DNA of 64,000 nucleotides from an uncultured Candidatus Saccharibacteria bacterium (GTDB lineage Bacteria > Patescibacteriota > Minisyncoccia > Phycocordibacterales > CAYSCM01), in contig CAYSCM010000001.1 of assembly GCA_964429815.1 (NCBI GenBank), positions 164,240 through 228,239 on the forward strand, given 5' to 3'. The notes below the pieces were generated by a model, which was not told the origin of the DNA, did no database searches, and was given only the letters and a program-made list of their open reading frames with translations. A program made the translations under genes and the position numbers. Shown piece by piece: positions 43,154 through 52,692 of this stretch; the stretch's first letter is position 1, and the number at the start of each line of letters is the position of its first letter.

Positions 43154-43933
43154 TTAAAGCGCTTTCGCCAACGCAAGCCACGTTTCAAGTCCCACATCCT
43201 CGGCACGGGCTTTTTCGGAAAGTCTGAGGCGCGCGAAAAGCTCGAGGAGCTTTTCGCGCGGAGCAAACTTTTTCAGATTTCCAACGAGCTGTTTTCGTTT
43301 GCTCGAGAATCCCGCGCGAAGCAGTTTAAAAAATAATGCTTCGTCAGCGTCGGCGAAGTTCTTTCGTGAGATATCCTCGATATTCAAAACCGCGGAGTCG
43401 ACCTTCGGAGTTGGCGCAAATGCGCCACGGGGAATTTTCGCTACGTAGCGGGGCCTTCCAAAAACTTTTACCGAAATGGAGAGAATACTTTCTTTTGTAT
43501 CTTTGGCGATTCGCTTTGCCACATCGTCTTGCACGAGTAGCGTCATGCGCTCGGGAAATATTGCGCTCGAAAGAAATGAGCGCAGAATTTCTCCCGTAAT
43601 GTAGTAGGGAATGTTAGCGACCACTTTATATGCACCTGGCTTAAGGCCAAGCTTTGAAAGAGGAACATCGCGGATATCGGCGTTAATGAGCGTGAGTTTG
43701 TTACGCTCGATTTCCGTTTTAAATTTTTCTGAAAGAAGCGGAATGAGGTCGCGATCTTTTTCGATCGCGATGATATGGTGGGCCCGCAACAGTAGCTCTT
43801 GCGTAAGCACTCCCTGCCCGGGCCCGATCTCCAGAACGTTTTCTTCGGGGGTAATGTCGGCGGCGTCGACAATGCGCTTAAGCGCCGCTTGAGAGCGCAA
43901 AAAGTTTTGTCCTAAGGCCTTTTTTGCCTGCAT
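43154..43933 (-). CDS. rsmA: 16S rRNA (adenine1518/1519-N6)-dimethyltransferase
   Basis: ALGQNFL, VLEIGPGQGVLT, NIPYYIT. Confidence 0.9.
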   Translation of the reverse strand: MQAKKALGQNFLRSQAALKRIVDAADITPEENVLEIGPGQGVLTQELLLRAHHIIAIEKDRDLIPLLSEKFKTEIERNKLTLINADIRDVPLSKLGLKPGAYKVVANIPYYITGEILRSFLSSAIFPERMTLLVQDDVAKRIAKDTKESILSISVKVFGRPRYVAKIPRGAFAPTPKVDSAVLNIEDISRKNFADADEALFFKLLRAGFSSKRKQLVGNLKKFAPREKLLELFARLRLSEKARAEDVGLETWLALAKAL

Positions 43934-43934
43934 G

Positions 43935-45869
43935 TCAGTCTAAATAGATCACCTTTCTCGGCATCTGCGGGTCGACCGTCTCGAGAAGATCCTCCGGTAC
44001 GTCGGTGATGAACTCGGAGGGAACATTGACCTGACGTGCGCCGAACAGGGTGCGTACAGATGCATACGAGAGGTAGAGTTTTTTGCGCGCGCGGGTGAGA
44101 GCCACGTAAAAGAGACGCCGCTCTTCCTCGTCGTCGCGTCTTTCATCGCCGAGCCCTTCGTGCGGGAAAAGCCCGTCTTCAAGGCCGGCAATGAACACGT
44201 AGTCGAACTCGAGGCCTTTGGCGGCGTGCACGGTCATAAGCCTGATGGCCGATTTCTTTTCATCGAGCTCATCCTGCTCGCTTTGGAGCGCCGCATCGGA
44301 GAGCATCGTCTCGATGCCGGAGGGTATCGGCAGATGGTCATAGCGGCTCGCGAGCGTCGCAAGCTCGCGAATGTTCTCGAGTCGCTCGAGGTCTTCTTCC
44401 GTTCCTTTTTTCAAAAAATCCTCGATACCGGATGACTGCAGCGCTATTTTTACTACCTCGCTCGGAGATTTTGTTGCCACGGCCGCTTTTATTTTATCCA
44501 ACGTGCTCGTGACAGCGGCGATTTTGGCGCGCATGTTTGCCGGTAACGTCTCTCTCTTACCTTCCAATAGTTTCAGGAGCGTCACCTTGCCGATACCGCG
44601 TGGCGGAAAACTGTACGCGCGCTTTACGTCCGAGATACTCTCACTGCCGAGCGCGAGCCGCAGATACGAGAGCACGTCCTTCACCTCCTTGCGCTCGAAG
44701 AAACGCACCCCGAGCACCTGGTAGGGAAGGTTTTCAGCCAGCATTGCCTCCTCTATAGCGCGCGACTGGAAGTTCGCGCGGTAGAGAACCGCGATTTCTT
44801 CCGGAGGGACGTACTGCAGAAGCTCTTTGGCGGTCGTCGCGATAAAGCGCGCTTCATCTATCTCGTCATAGGCGCCATAGAGCGCCACCTTGTCCCCTTC
44901 AGGGTTGTCGGTGAAGAGGTTTTTTTCCTTTCGGCGAACGTTCTTTTTGATGATGTCGTTGGCGGCAGCAAGAATAGTCTTCGTCGAGCGATAGTTTTGT
45001 TCAAGCACTACGGTGCACACTCCAGAGTAATCCTTTTCAAAATTGAAAATGTGCTCGAGGTCCGCGCCGCGCCAGCTGTAGATGTTCTGGTCGATGTCGC
45101 CGACGACGCAAATATTCTTGTGTTTTCCGGCAAGGAGCTTTATGAGCTCGTACTGTACGCCGTTGGTGTCTTGGTATTCGTCGACATGGATGTACTTCCA
45201 GAGTCCCTGGTAGTAGTCGCGGATGGCGGAGTTTTCGCGCAGCAGGGTGAGGGTGCGCAGGAGAAGATCGTCGAAGTCGAGAGCCTTCTCTTCTCGCAGG
45301 GAGCGCTCGTACCGCTCCCACACCGCAAGAACGAGCCGTTTGAAAAAGTCGTTCCCCGGATTCTCTCTAAACTGTGCGAGCGCAACCCCCTTCCCTTTCT
45401 CCCGCGAGATGGCCGAGAGAATACGGCGTGGCTCGAACTCCTTCGGATCGAACCCGGCTTCCGAGAGGGCTTCTTTCACCGCGCGAGTTGAGTCGGTGCG
45501 GTCGTAGATAGTGAAATTGCGGGGTATATTGAGGGCGCGGGAATTTTCTTTAAGGATGTGGACGCCAAGGCTATGAAAGGTTGAAACAAAGGGGGCGCCC
45601 TCCGCGCGCATCAACGTGGAGCTTCGAAGGAGCGCGCGGACGCGCTCGCGCATCTCCTTGGCGGCTTTGTTGGTAAAGGTGACGGCGAGAATTTCATGGG
45701 GGGCGACGCCCGACTGAATGAGAACTCCGATACGATGTGTTATGACGCGGGTTTTGCCGGCCCCCGCTCCTGCGAGAATGAGGAGTGGGCCCTCGGTCTG
45801 AAGAACGGCCTTTTTTTGGACGGGATTGAGACCCTCGGTGAGCGAAGAAAAATCGCTTTTCATCGGCAA
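43935..45869 (-). CDS. pcrA: UvrD/PcrA-family ATP-dependent DNA helicase
   Basis: LNPVQKKAV, AGAGAGKTRVITHR, VDEYQDTN, TVHAAKGLEF, LFYVALTRARKKL. Confidence 0.9.
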   Translation of the reverse strand: MPMKSDFSSLTEGLNPVQKKAVLQTEGPLLILAGAGAGKTRVITHRIGVLIQSGVAPHEILAVTFTNKAAKEMRERVRALLRSSTLMRAEGAPFVSTFHSLGVHILKENSRALNIPRNFTIYDRTDSTRAVKEALSEAGFDPKEFEPRRILSAISREKGKGVALAQFRENPGNDFFKRLVLAVWERYERSLREEKALDFDDLLLRTLTLLRENSAIRDYYQGLWKYIHVDEYQDTNGVQYELIKLLAGKHKNICVVGDIDQNIYSWRGADLEHIFNFEKDYSGVCTVVLEQNYRSTKTILAAANDIIKKNVRRKEKNLFTDNPEGDKVALYGAYDEIDEARFIATTAKELLQYVPPEEIAVLYRANFQSRAIEEAMLAENLPYQVLGVRFFERKEVKDVLSYLRLALGSESISDVKRAYSFPPRGIGKVTLLKLLEGKRETLPANMRAKIAAVTSTLDKIKAAVATKSPSEVVKIALQSSGIEDFLKKGTEEDLERLENIRELATLASRYDHLPIPSGIETMLSDAALQSEQDELDEKKSAIRLMTVHAAKGLEFDYVFIAGLEDGLFPHEGLGDERRDDEEERRLFYVALTRARKKLYLSYASVRTLFGARQVNVPSEFITDVPEDLLETVDPQMPRKVIYLD

Positions 45870-45908
45870 ACTATACCTCGCGCGACGCTCTTAAGAAAAT
45901 GAGCAGCG

Positions 45909-46202
45909 CTATCCTTGAAGTTTTCTTGCGGCCACGAGAATTTTCGCGGCTTCTTCACTGACGATGTGTTCGAAGTTTTTAAGGTGGGAGCACAAAAATT
46001 CATACACTTCCTCGGTCGAGGCGTTAGCGTCGATGAGGGAAGAAAGCTTAGAAACGTCCTTTTCTGAAAGTTCGCCAACGGAGCGCACCGAAACGGCCGC
46101 GAACACGGCCGTTGCTACGTCAGCGGATACTTCGGCCGCTCCCTCTGTAGTCAGTGTGTCGAGGGCGAGGAGTTCTGCGAGTGATTTTTGTTCGGAGTCC
46201 AT
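45909..46202 (-). CDS. small acidic hypothetical protein
   Basis: 97-aa ORF tightly packed between two genes on the same strand. Confidence 0.4.
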   Translation of the reverse strand: MDSEQKSLAELLALDTLTTEGAAEVSADVATAVFAAVSVRSVGELSEKDVSKLSSLIDANASTEEVYEFLCSHLKNFEHIVSEEAAKILVAARKLQG

Positions 46203-46204
46203 GA

Positions 46205-48895
46205 TTATTTCAAATAGGGCAGTCGCGAAGCGATGATGTCGAGTCGAGAAATCTGTTCAGGGGAGAGATGTTGCGCCTGGGAAAGAAATTTCCCAAATAG
46301 CGAAGGGTCTTTCAAAATCCCGGCATAGTTTATGGTGCCGCCGATATTGGCACCTTGGTTGATGCCCTTCAAAACTTCCTCTGGCTTCAATCCCCACCTT
46401 GCGAGCTGTTCGAAGTTGCCGCTATCGAGAGCTCCTTTCACCGTCTTGCTTAGACCGTCCGCGATGTACATACGCTGGCCGGGAGAGAGGTCGAGACTAT
46501 CGAGATCGGGATGCCCATGCATCGTTTTTGCGAGCGTACTCCAAAGACTGTCTCCTCGCTCGATGGTAACTCCTCCATAGATCGGATTTTCTGGAGCCGC
46601 AGGAACCTCGCCAGGGTGGGCCGGTACGCTGGGCGCTTCTGGGTGGTACGGTGGCGTTGGGGGTGATGTATCTGGATTGGCTAATGAGGATTGATCGAGC
46701 TGATGCTGCGCTTCGTTGAAACCTTCGGGAGCCGATGGGGAACCTGGTGCGATCGAACCAACTCCTAGATCGGTCAGTGCCGCCATCGCGCCGGCTCCCC
46801 CTGCAGTGGAAACGGCACGAATTATTTTTTCATTTCGCTCGACACGTGCGGTTCTTCTTTCTATTTCCTTAAGGAGATAGTCCTTCTCGGCGATCGGAGC
46901 GCCCTGGAGAGCGAACTTAAGCTTGGCGATTTCCTGTTTTTCCTTTTCGGCACGATTTTGCCAGGCGCTATAGGAGTGCGCGGCGAATTCTCCCAAAAAT
47001 CTACCACCAGCAGCTCCGAGAAGAGCACGCCCGACCAATATCGCGCCTCCAGTTAGTGATGCTCCGCCGCCAGCCGCAAGTATCGTCGCACCCGCAGCAG
47101 CCTTTGCGTAGCGATTTTGCCTCCCATACCAACTCGCCATCTTTCTAAACGCACCTGCACGTCGCGAAGGTAGAGCGGCAGCGCGTTCCTCGGCAAGTTT
47201 ACGTGACTCTAGAAGTACAAGTTGTTGCACGAGGCGGCCCTCGTAGCGGCGTTTAAATATTTCCTCTGCTTCGGCCGCAGTTCTCCTTCCCGGGCCCCGA
47301 TTTTTCTCAATTTTTTTCCAAAATTGCCACCAGCTTTTGTTTTCCTCCTGTCCTTGTTCGAAGGCCGCCTGGTTTGCGACAGCAGCTTTACGCAGCTTGC
47401 TCTTACGAAAATGTTCGTCAGCTTCCGCTCGGAGCCGCATAAGCATTTCTTGTCGCACGGCTTCGTGTTGATGGCGCGCCGCCGCTAACGTTTCGGGCTC
47501 CCCTCGGCTTCGCAAACCCACAAATTCAAGGGTTTTGCTAAGTCTCCCACGAGAGTTATACCGCACCTCTTCCTGGGCAAGTTTTTTGCGTGCCTGTACG
47601 AGATGCGCCGCTCTCTCCTGGCCAAGGTATCTCTCAAGCAAATCCTCTTCCTTCACGGGGGCTCTTTCTCGAAGTTTTGCACGGGGTTCATCAGGGAGAC
47701 GATCGGTAAGTTCCAAAACGTCTTCCTGTTCGCGTCGCGCCTTCTCCTCCTTTTCAAAATCAGGACGAAATTGTTCTGCGAGAACGAGCGCCTCAGCTTT
47801 CGTTGCTCGAGTATCAGCGTCTTGTGCGCGAAGTTTCTCTCGGGCCGCCTCCGCCGCAGCTCCTGCCTCGGAACTTAGCGGCGAGACTTTTTCAGCTTTG
47901 AGTTTTCGCAGATAGCGCTGGGGCACGGGTACTTCATGCGGAGGTTTTTGCTCCGTGGCGGCGTTAATCCGTACCGTACGGTAAAAATCACTTCGGTTTT
48001 GAAAACGCTGCAGTTCATTTGTGTAAGCCGCGGATGGCGCTACGAATTTGTTTTCAGGGCGCAGCTCTTTTGTGGTTGAGGTCCTTGCCGTGTCTTTCTT
48101 CATAGGTACGGTATCTTCACCTCTCCACTCACCACCAACGTTTACTCGCCGGACCATCTTCGCCCCTCCATCACGTTGACGCCGGTATTCCTGACCTTCC
48201 GGCTCTTTCGCTACCATAGGCGCGTCAATCTGCGCCTCCTCGTGCGTGGTAATGGTTTCAGTACTTTCGGTTGAGACATGGCCGGGTTGGGAATCATCCA
48301 CCTCTACAGCGGGAATTTCGATTTGCGGTTCCTCGTACGTGGTGATGGTGTTGCCACGCCCTATCGTTTCATTTGCTCGGACACGATCCCCAGGAGCAAC
48401 CACGGTAGAGACCTTGGACGGTTTCTTCCCATCGCGTGAGCCGCGTCCGTATCTTTTTTCGAGAACTTCCTTTTGACGACGCACACTTGTTACCCATTGG
48501 TCATGGCCAATGGACTTTTGGATGTCTTTAACCTCGTCCATGTGTCGTCGGTACTTGGTGGCCACTCCTCGCGCGACTCTCCCGAGCTTCCCAAAGCGAT
48601 CCCTCCCTTGAGCGGGCTTCTCTTTGGAAGTCGCTCCAACTTCAAGGTGCTCGGTTTTATCTGACCGTTTCATTTCAACAGTCGGACGAAACCGCAGTGG
48701 CGAGCGCCTAACCGTAGTTCCCTGTTCACTTTTGGGACGCCGGATACCAACGGGGATGGGAGCACCTTTTTGGTTAACCTGGGCCTCTCGATCACCCAGG
48801 GCGTTTTTGGATGGAGAGCTGGTTAGTTTGCGGGCGTTGTTGAGGGGTGACTGACCTTTTTTCCTTGAAGAAGGAAGGTTCTCAATCCTTTTCAT
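46205..48895 (-). CDS. 896-aa hypothetical protein (basic charged N-terminal half, Gly/Ala-rich TM segments, Pro-rich linker, globular C-terminal domain)
   Basis: Long uninterrupted ORF. Hydrophobic ATILAAGGGASLTGGAILVGRALLGAAGG. No recognised catalytic motif. Confidence 0.5.
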   Translation of the reverse strand: MKRIENLPSSRKKGQSPLNNARKLTSSPSKNALGDREAQVNQKGAPIPVGIRRPKSEQGTTVRRSPLRFRPTVEMKRSDKTEHLEVGATSKEKPAQGRDRFGKLGRVARGVATKYRRHMDEVKDIQKSIGHDQWVTSVRRQKEVLEKRYGRGSRDGKKPSKVSTVVAPGDRVRANETIGRGNTITTYEEPQIEIPAVEVDDSQPGHVSTESTETITTHEEAQIDAPMVAKEPEGQEYRRQRDGGAKMVRRVNVGGEWRGEDTVPMKKDTARTSTTKELRPENKFVAPSAAYTNELQRFQNRSDFYRTVRINAATEQKPPHEVPVPQRYLRKLKAEKVSPLSSEAGAAAEAAREKLRAQDADTRATKAEALVLAEQFRPDFEKEEKARREQEDVLELTDRLPDEPRAKLRERAPVKEEDLLERYLGQERAAHLVQARKKLAQEEVRYNSRGRLSKTLEFVGLRSRGEPETLAAARHQHEAVRQEMLMRLRAEADEHFRKSKLRKAAVANQAAFEQGQEENKSWWQFWKKIEKNRGPGRRTAAEAEEIFKRRYEGRLVQQLVLLESRKLAEERAAALPSRRAGAFRKMASWYGRQNRYAKAAAGATILAAGGGASLTGGAILVGRALLGAAGGRFLGEFAAHSYSAWQNRAEKEKQEIAKLKFALQGAPIAEKDYLLKEIERRTARVERNEKIIRAVSTAGGAGAMAALTDLGVGSIAPGSPSAPEGFNEAQHQLDQSSLANPDTSPPTPPYHPEAPSVPAHPGEVPAAPENPIYGGVTIERGDSLWSTLAKTMHGHPDLDSLDLSPGQRMYIADGLSKTVKGALDSGNFEQLARWGLKPEEVLKGINQGANIGGTINYAGILKDPSLFGKFLSQAQHLSPEQISRLDIIASRLPYLK

Positions 48896-48994
48896 GTCGT
48901 CAGTGTATCAGAAGGGTAAATTTTGTCGGAAAATGAGCCTACGAAAGCCCTTTTTTGACAAAATATTGCTATCCACATGTAGTTTGCATGGCAG

Positions 48995-49022
48995 TTGACG
49001 CGCCTACCCCGGGGGCTATAGT
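48995..49022 (+). promoter_or_regulatory. sigma70-like promoter
   Basis: TTGACG (48995-49000), 16-nt spacer, TATAGT (49017-49022). Confidence 0.5.
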
Positions 49023-49050
49023 GGGTATATACCGAACGGAAGCTAAATCC

Positions 49051-49074
49051 ATGGCTCAACAGAGCCATTTTTTC
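49051..49074 (+). terminator. intrinsic-terminator-like hairpin in the peptidase leader, coinciding with an 8-codon mini-ORF
   Basis: atggctc-aaca-gagccat followed by a T-run. The same bases read ATG GCT CAA CAG AGC CAT TTT TTC TGA. Confidence 0.45.
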
Positions 49075-49268
49075 TGAAAAGGATCGAAATTCCGCATAAA
49101 AACAGGCCTATAGCTCACGAACGCTCAAAGCTCAGGTCAAAGCTGAAAATATGGCTTAACCGGGCCAAATACCGAGTACTACGCGCACTTTTCCTTTCCG
49201 GGGTTGTCGCTTCCCTTTCCTTTACCCCGATCATTGCAAGCGCCGGCCTTCTCTCAAATCTTAGCGGT

Positions 49269-50186
49269 ATGTTGGGCACATCCGTATCTGCTGCCTCGGC
49301 CACCGCACCGAAGACTTTCTGGAATCTCCAAACCATGCCGCTTCTCCAGGCGGCTCACAATCAGGATCTGACGCTTGCGCGCGGCGGCGGGGACATCACC
49401 ATCGTCGATAATACCTCGCTTCTCCCTGAATCAGGCCCCTCGGGAACACTTGCCGACATAGAGGATGCACAATCGACCGTGATCAGCGTCTACGTCGTAC
49501 GACCAGGCGACACGCTCTCCTCGATAGCCAAACTCTTTGGCGTGACCGCCAACACCATCTTCTGGGCCAACGATCTCAAGAGCATCCGCGACATCCATCC
49601 TGGGGACACCCTCGTCATTCTCCCCATTTCGGGCGTTCGCTACACGGTGAAGAAAGGTGATACGGTCGCCTCCGTCGCTAAAAAATTCAAAGCCGACGCC
49701 GCCGACATTATTTCCTACAACAATCTCGGCGACGGCGGGCTCACGGTGGGTGCGGACATCATCATCCCCGACGGCGAGCTCGCAACTCCGCCAACGCCGG
49801 TAAAAGGGAATCCTTACCGTGGTGGCAGTGGCCCTCTCTACGCGGGTTACTATATTGCACCACTTGCGCACTACATAAAGACGCAGGGCCTCCATGGCTA
49901 CAACGGCGTCGACCTGGCTGCGCCCTACGGCTCCCCTGTTCTTGCCGCAGCGGGTGGCACTGTAATCATCGTCAAAGACTTTGGCTGGAACGGCGGCTAC
50001 GGCAACTACATCGTCATAAGCCATCCAAACGGCACCCAGACGCTCTACGCTCATACGTCCAAAAATATCGTTTCTGTGGGCGAGAGCGTCGTTCAGGGCC
50101 AAGTAATCGGCTACGAGGGAGCGACCGGCAAGGCGACCGGGCCTCATGTCCACTTCGAGATACGCGGTGCGAAAAATCCGTTCTAA
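49269..50186 (+). CDS. LysM-domain M23 family peptidoglycan endopeptidase (tracked start 49269; true start probably upstream, see findings)
   Basis: Two LysM repeats (YVVRPGDTLSSIAKLFGV, YTVKKGDTVASVAKKFKA). M23 motifs HGYNGVDLAAP, GYGNYIVISHPNG, GPHVHFEIR. Confidence 0.85.
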   Translation: MLGTSVSAASATAPKTFWNLQTMPLLQAAHNQDLTLARGGGDITIVDNTSLLPESGPSGTLADIEDAQSTVISVYVVRPGDTLSSIAKLFGVTANTIFWANDLKSIRDIHPGDTLVILPISGVRYTVKKGDTVASVAKKFKADAADIISYNNLGDGGLTVGADIIIPDGELATPPTPVKGNPYRGGSGPLYAGYYIAPLAHYIKTQGLHGYNGVDLAAPYGSPVLAAAGGTVIIVKDFGWNGGYGNYIVISHPNGTQTLYAHTSKNIVSVGESVVQGQVIGYEGATGKATGPHVHFEIRGAKNPF

Positions 50187-50220
50187 CGAAGCGGTTTCGC
50201 CCGAGCGCGAAGAATCCGCT

Positions 50221-50748
50221 CTAGAGCCGCTCTACGTCGCGAAACTCTTCCTTTCGAGTTTCAAGCTCTTCCGGGGTTTGTTCACCATAACCTTTGATCT
50301 CAAGAAGTCCTTCTGCCACGAGATTGATTGAGGCGGGCAATTTTGACTGAACAAATTCATATACCTGCGGACGTAGTGTATCGATAATTTCTCGTCGCAC
50401 CGAAAGGGGAATGGTCGCCAGGAGGCCTTTTTTGCTGAATGCCCGCATTGGCGGATCGCAGGCAAACACTATGTCGACGTCGCTTTCCTCACTCATTTCC
50501 TTCCCAAAAGCATTTCCGCCAACGACATAGAGAGCTGTCTCCTTGGTGGTGACGCCAGCTGCGGCCTCAGCGATGGTTTTAAAAAGTTCTACTACCTCTG
50601 TGCGCTGCTCAGTCAGTACGGTAAGTACAGCTTCGAGAGTCTTTTTTCGTTCCGAAATTTTTGTTGGATCGGAATCGGCCACAGCTTCTCGAGCTTGCAT
50701 TCTTTCGATAAGCGACGGAGAGGGTTTTTGTGGAAAAGATTCTTTCAT
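50221..50748 (-). CDS. putative minimal nucleotidyltransferase-fold protein
   Basis: LYVVGGNAFGKEMSEESDVDIVF resembles the G-x-S...D-x-D NTase signature. Confidence 0.4.
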   Translation of the reverse strand: MKESFPQKPSPSLIERMQAREAVADSDPTKISERKKTLEAVLTVLTEQRTEVVELFKTIAEAAAGVTTKETALYVVGGNAFGKEMSEESDVDIVFACDPPMRAFSKKGLLATIPLSVRREIIDTLRPQVYEFVQSKLPASINLVAEGLLEIKGYGEQTPEELETRKEEFRDVERL

Positions 50749-52289
50749 TGGATGTTTTGTTTAGGGCGGTACCGCAGTGCTTCAAGCACGTGCACATCGG
50801 CAACCTCATCAGCGCCCTCGACATCCGCGATCGTGCGGGCGATTTTTATGACACGGTGGTAGGCGCGAGGTGAAAGATCCAGCTTTTGTGCCGATTCATT
50901 GAGAAGTCCTCGGACATTCGGCGCAAGTTCGGCGAATTCCTCTAGATCTTTCACGCCCATGTCGCTGTTTTTCGAAATAGCCCTGCCCGCAAAACGCTCA
51001 CGCTGACGCTCTCGAGCTTCCGCGACGATCCTCTGCGCTCGCGTCGTTTCGCCCTCGGAGCCGCGCTTTCCCGAAAGTTTTTCGTGGTCGATATGAGGCA
51101 CCTCTATCCAGAGGTCAACGCGATCGATGATGGGGCCGGAAATTTTTCTGCGATAGCGCGAGAGCGCGACTGGCGTGCACAGGCAGGGCTTCCCTGAGCC
51201 GAAATTGCCGCACGGGCAGGGATTCATCGCGGCGATAAGAGTGAAGTTCGCCGGAAAACGGGCGGAGCCTTTCGCGCGGGAGATGGAAACGACACGGTCT
51301 TCGAGCGGCTGGCGCAGGGCGTCGATGACGCGCCGGTCGAATTCGGGAAACTCGTCCATGAAAAGCACGCCGCGATGGGCGAGCGTTATCTCGCCGGGTT
51401 TAGGGAACGCGCCGCCGCCCACAAGCGACACGTAGGAGGCGGTGTGATGGGGCGAGCGAAGCGGTGGCATCGTGAGAGGTTCTCCGGATAGCGTACCGGC
51501 AACCGAGTGAATGCCGGTCACCTCGAGCACTTCCGCCGAGGAGAGCGGCGGCAGGAGGCTGACGAACGCTTTGGCGAGCATGGATTTGCCGGTCCCCGGC
51601 GGACCGTAGAGGACGACATTGTGCCCGCCCGCAGCTGCAATGATGAGCGCGCGCTTGCCGCTTTCCTGTCCGCGAATGTCTTCAAGGGCGACGAGCGGTT
51701 CTTCATTCTTCACGTCGATCGGAGTCAGTGGAGCTGGTTGTATGCGAAATGTGCTCACGTTCCCGGATCTTTCCCCCGTAAGATGTTCGATGAGTTTACC
51801 GAGGGTTTCAAGAGGGTATACTGAAATGCCTTCGATGAGAGCGGCTTCCTCGACGTTCTCTCGAGGAACATAGAGCTCCTTGATTCCCCCCTCGCGCGCA
51901 GCACGCGCCGCGGAGAGGATTCCAGTAATTTTACGTATCGAGCCGTCAAGACCAAGCTCACCCAAAAACAGCTTTCCCGTCGGATCGAACGTTATCTCGT
52001 CAGCCGCGAGGAGATAAGAAAGTGCGATCGGTACGTCAAACGCGGGCCCCTCTTTTTTGAGATCGGCCGGTGCGAGGGATATCGTTATCTTATGGTTTTT
52101 TGATTTTGGGGAGACGAACCCCGAATTTTTTATCGCCGCCGAAACGCGGTCCCGCGACTCCTCAACGGCTTTATCCGGGAGGCCGACGATAGTGAACGAG
52201 TGGAGACCGCGCGCGATGTCAGCTTCGACCGAGAGCAGACACGCGCCCAGAAGTTGTGGCTGGGCACTCCCGACTTTTGCGAACGACAT
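50745..52289 (-). CDS. comM: Mg-chelatase-like AAA+ protein YifB/ComM
   Basis: Lon-protease-like N-terminal domain. GPPGTGKSMLA, VLFMDEFPEF. Internal ATG at 52289. Confidence 0.85.
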   Translation of the reverse strand: MSFAKVGSAQPQLLGACLLSVEADIARGLHSFTIVGLPDKAVEESRDRVSAAIKNSGFVSPKSKNHKITISLAPADLKKEGPAFDVPIALSYLLAADEITFDPTGKLFLGELGLDGSIRKITGILSAARAAREGGIKELYVPRENVEEAALIEGISVYPLETLGKLIEHLTGERSGNVSTFRIQPAPLTPIDVKNEEPLVALEDIRGQESGKRALIIAAAGGHNVVLYGPPGTGKSMLAKAFVSLLPPLSSAEVLEVTGIHSVAGTLSGEPLTMPPLRSPHHTASYVSLVGGGAFPKPGEITLAHRGVLFMDEFPEFDRRVIDALRQPLEDRVVSISRAKGSARFPANFTLIAAMNPCPCGNFGSGKPCLCTPVALSRYRRKISGPIIDRVDLWIEVPHIDHEKLSGKRGSEGETTRAQRIVAEARERQRERFAGRAISKNSDMGVKDLEEFAELAPNVRGLLNESAQKLDLSPRAYHRVIKIARTIADVEGADEVADVHVLEALRYRPKQNIQ

Positions 52290-52294
52290 GGAAA

Positions 52295-52666
52295 TCAGGC
52301 GTTCATGTGCTTTATGCACGTTTGCGCCGCCGGGTCGGCATCGAGGCGCTTCTCTTCGATGGGCTCTCCGGATATTTTGCAGATGCCGTAGGTACTCTGC
52401 TCAATGCGAGCGAGTGCGTCTTTTACCTCGTTGTAGCGCGTCTCGAGCTCCTTGAGAATGGCGGAATTTTCTTCGTAGCCCTCGATGCGGTCCGCCGCTT
52501 CGTTGGTATCGGCTTCGACGTCCTCCGCGAGCGGGGCGGTCGCCTCCCAGTCGGCCGGATTCTGAGGATTCTTTCGCCCGACGCCCCGGAGCTCCTCTTC
52601 GAGCTCAGTGAGCTCTTCCTCGAGACGGCTTTTGTATTTTTTCACGTCGATCATGTGCGCCATCAT
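52295..52666 (-). CDS. DksA/TraR-family zinc-finger-like protein
   Basis: Coiled-coil N-terminus. C-terminal YGICKISGEPIEEKRLDADPAAQTC (partly degenerate C4 finger). Confidence 0.6.
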   Translation of the reverse strand: MMAHMIDVKKYKSRLEEELTELEEELRGVGRKNPQNPADWEATAPLAEDVEADTNEAADRIEGYEENSAILKELETRYNEVKDALARIEQSTYGICKISGEPIEEKRLDADPAAQTCIKHMNA

Positions 52667-52692
52667 ACCAAGAGGGCGCGGGCACGCAAACG

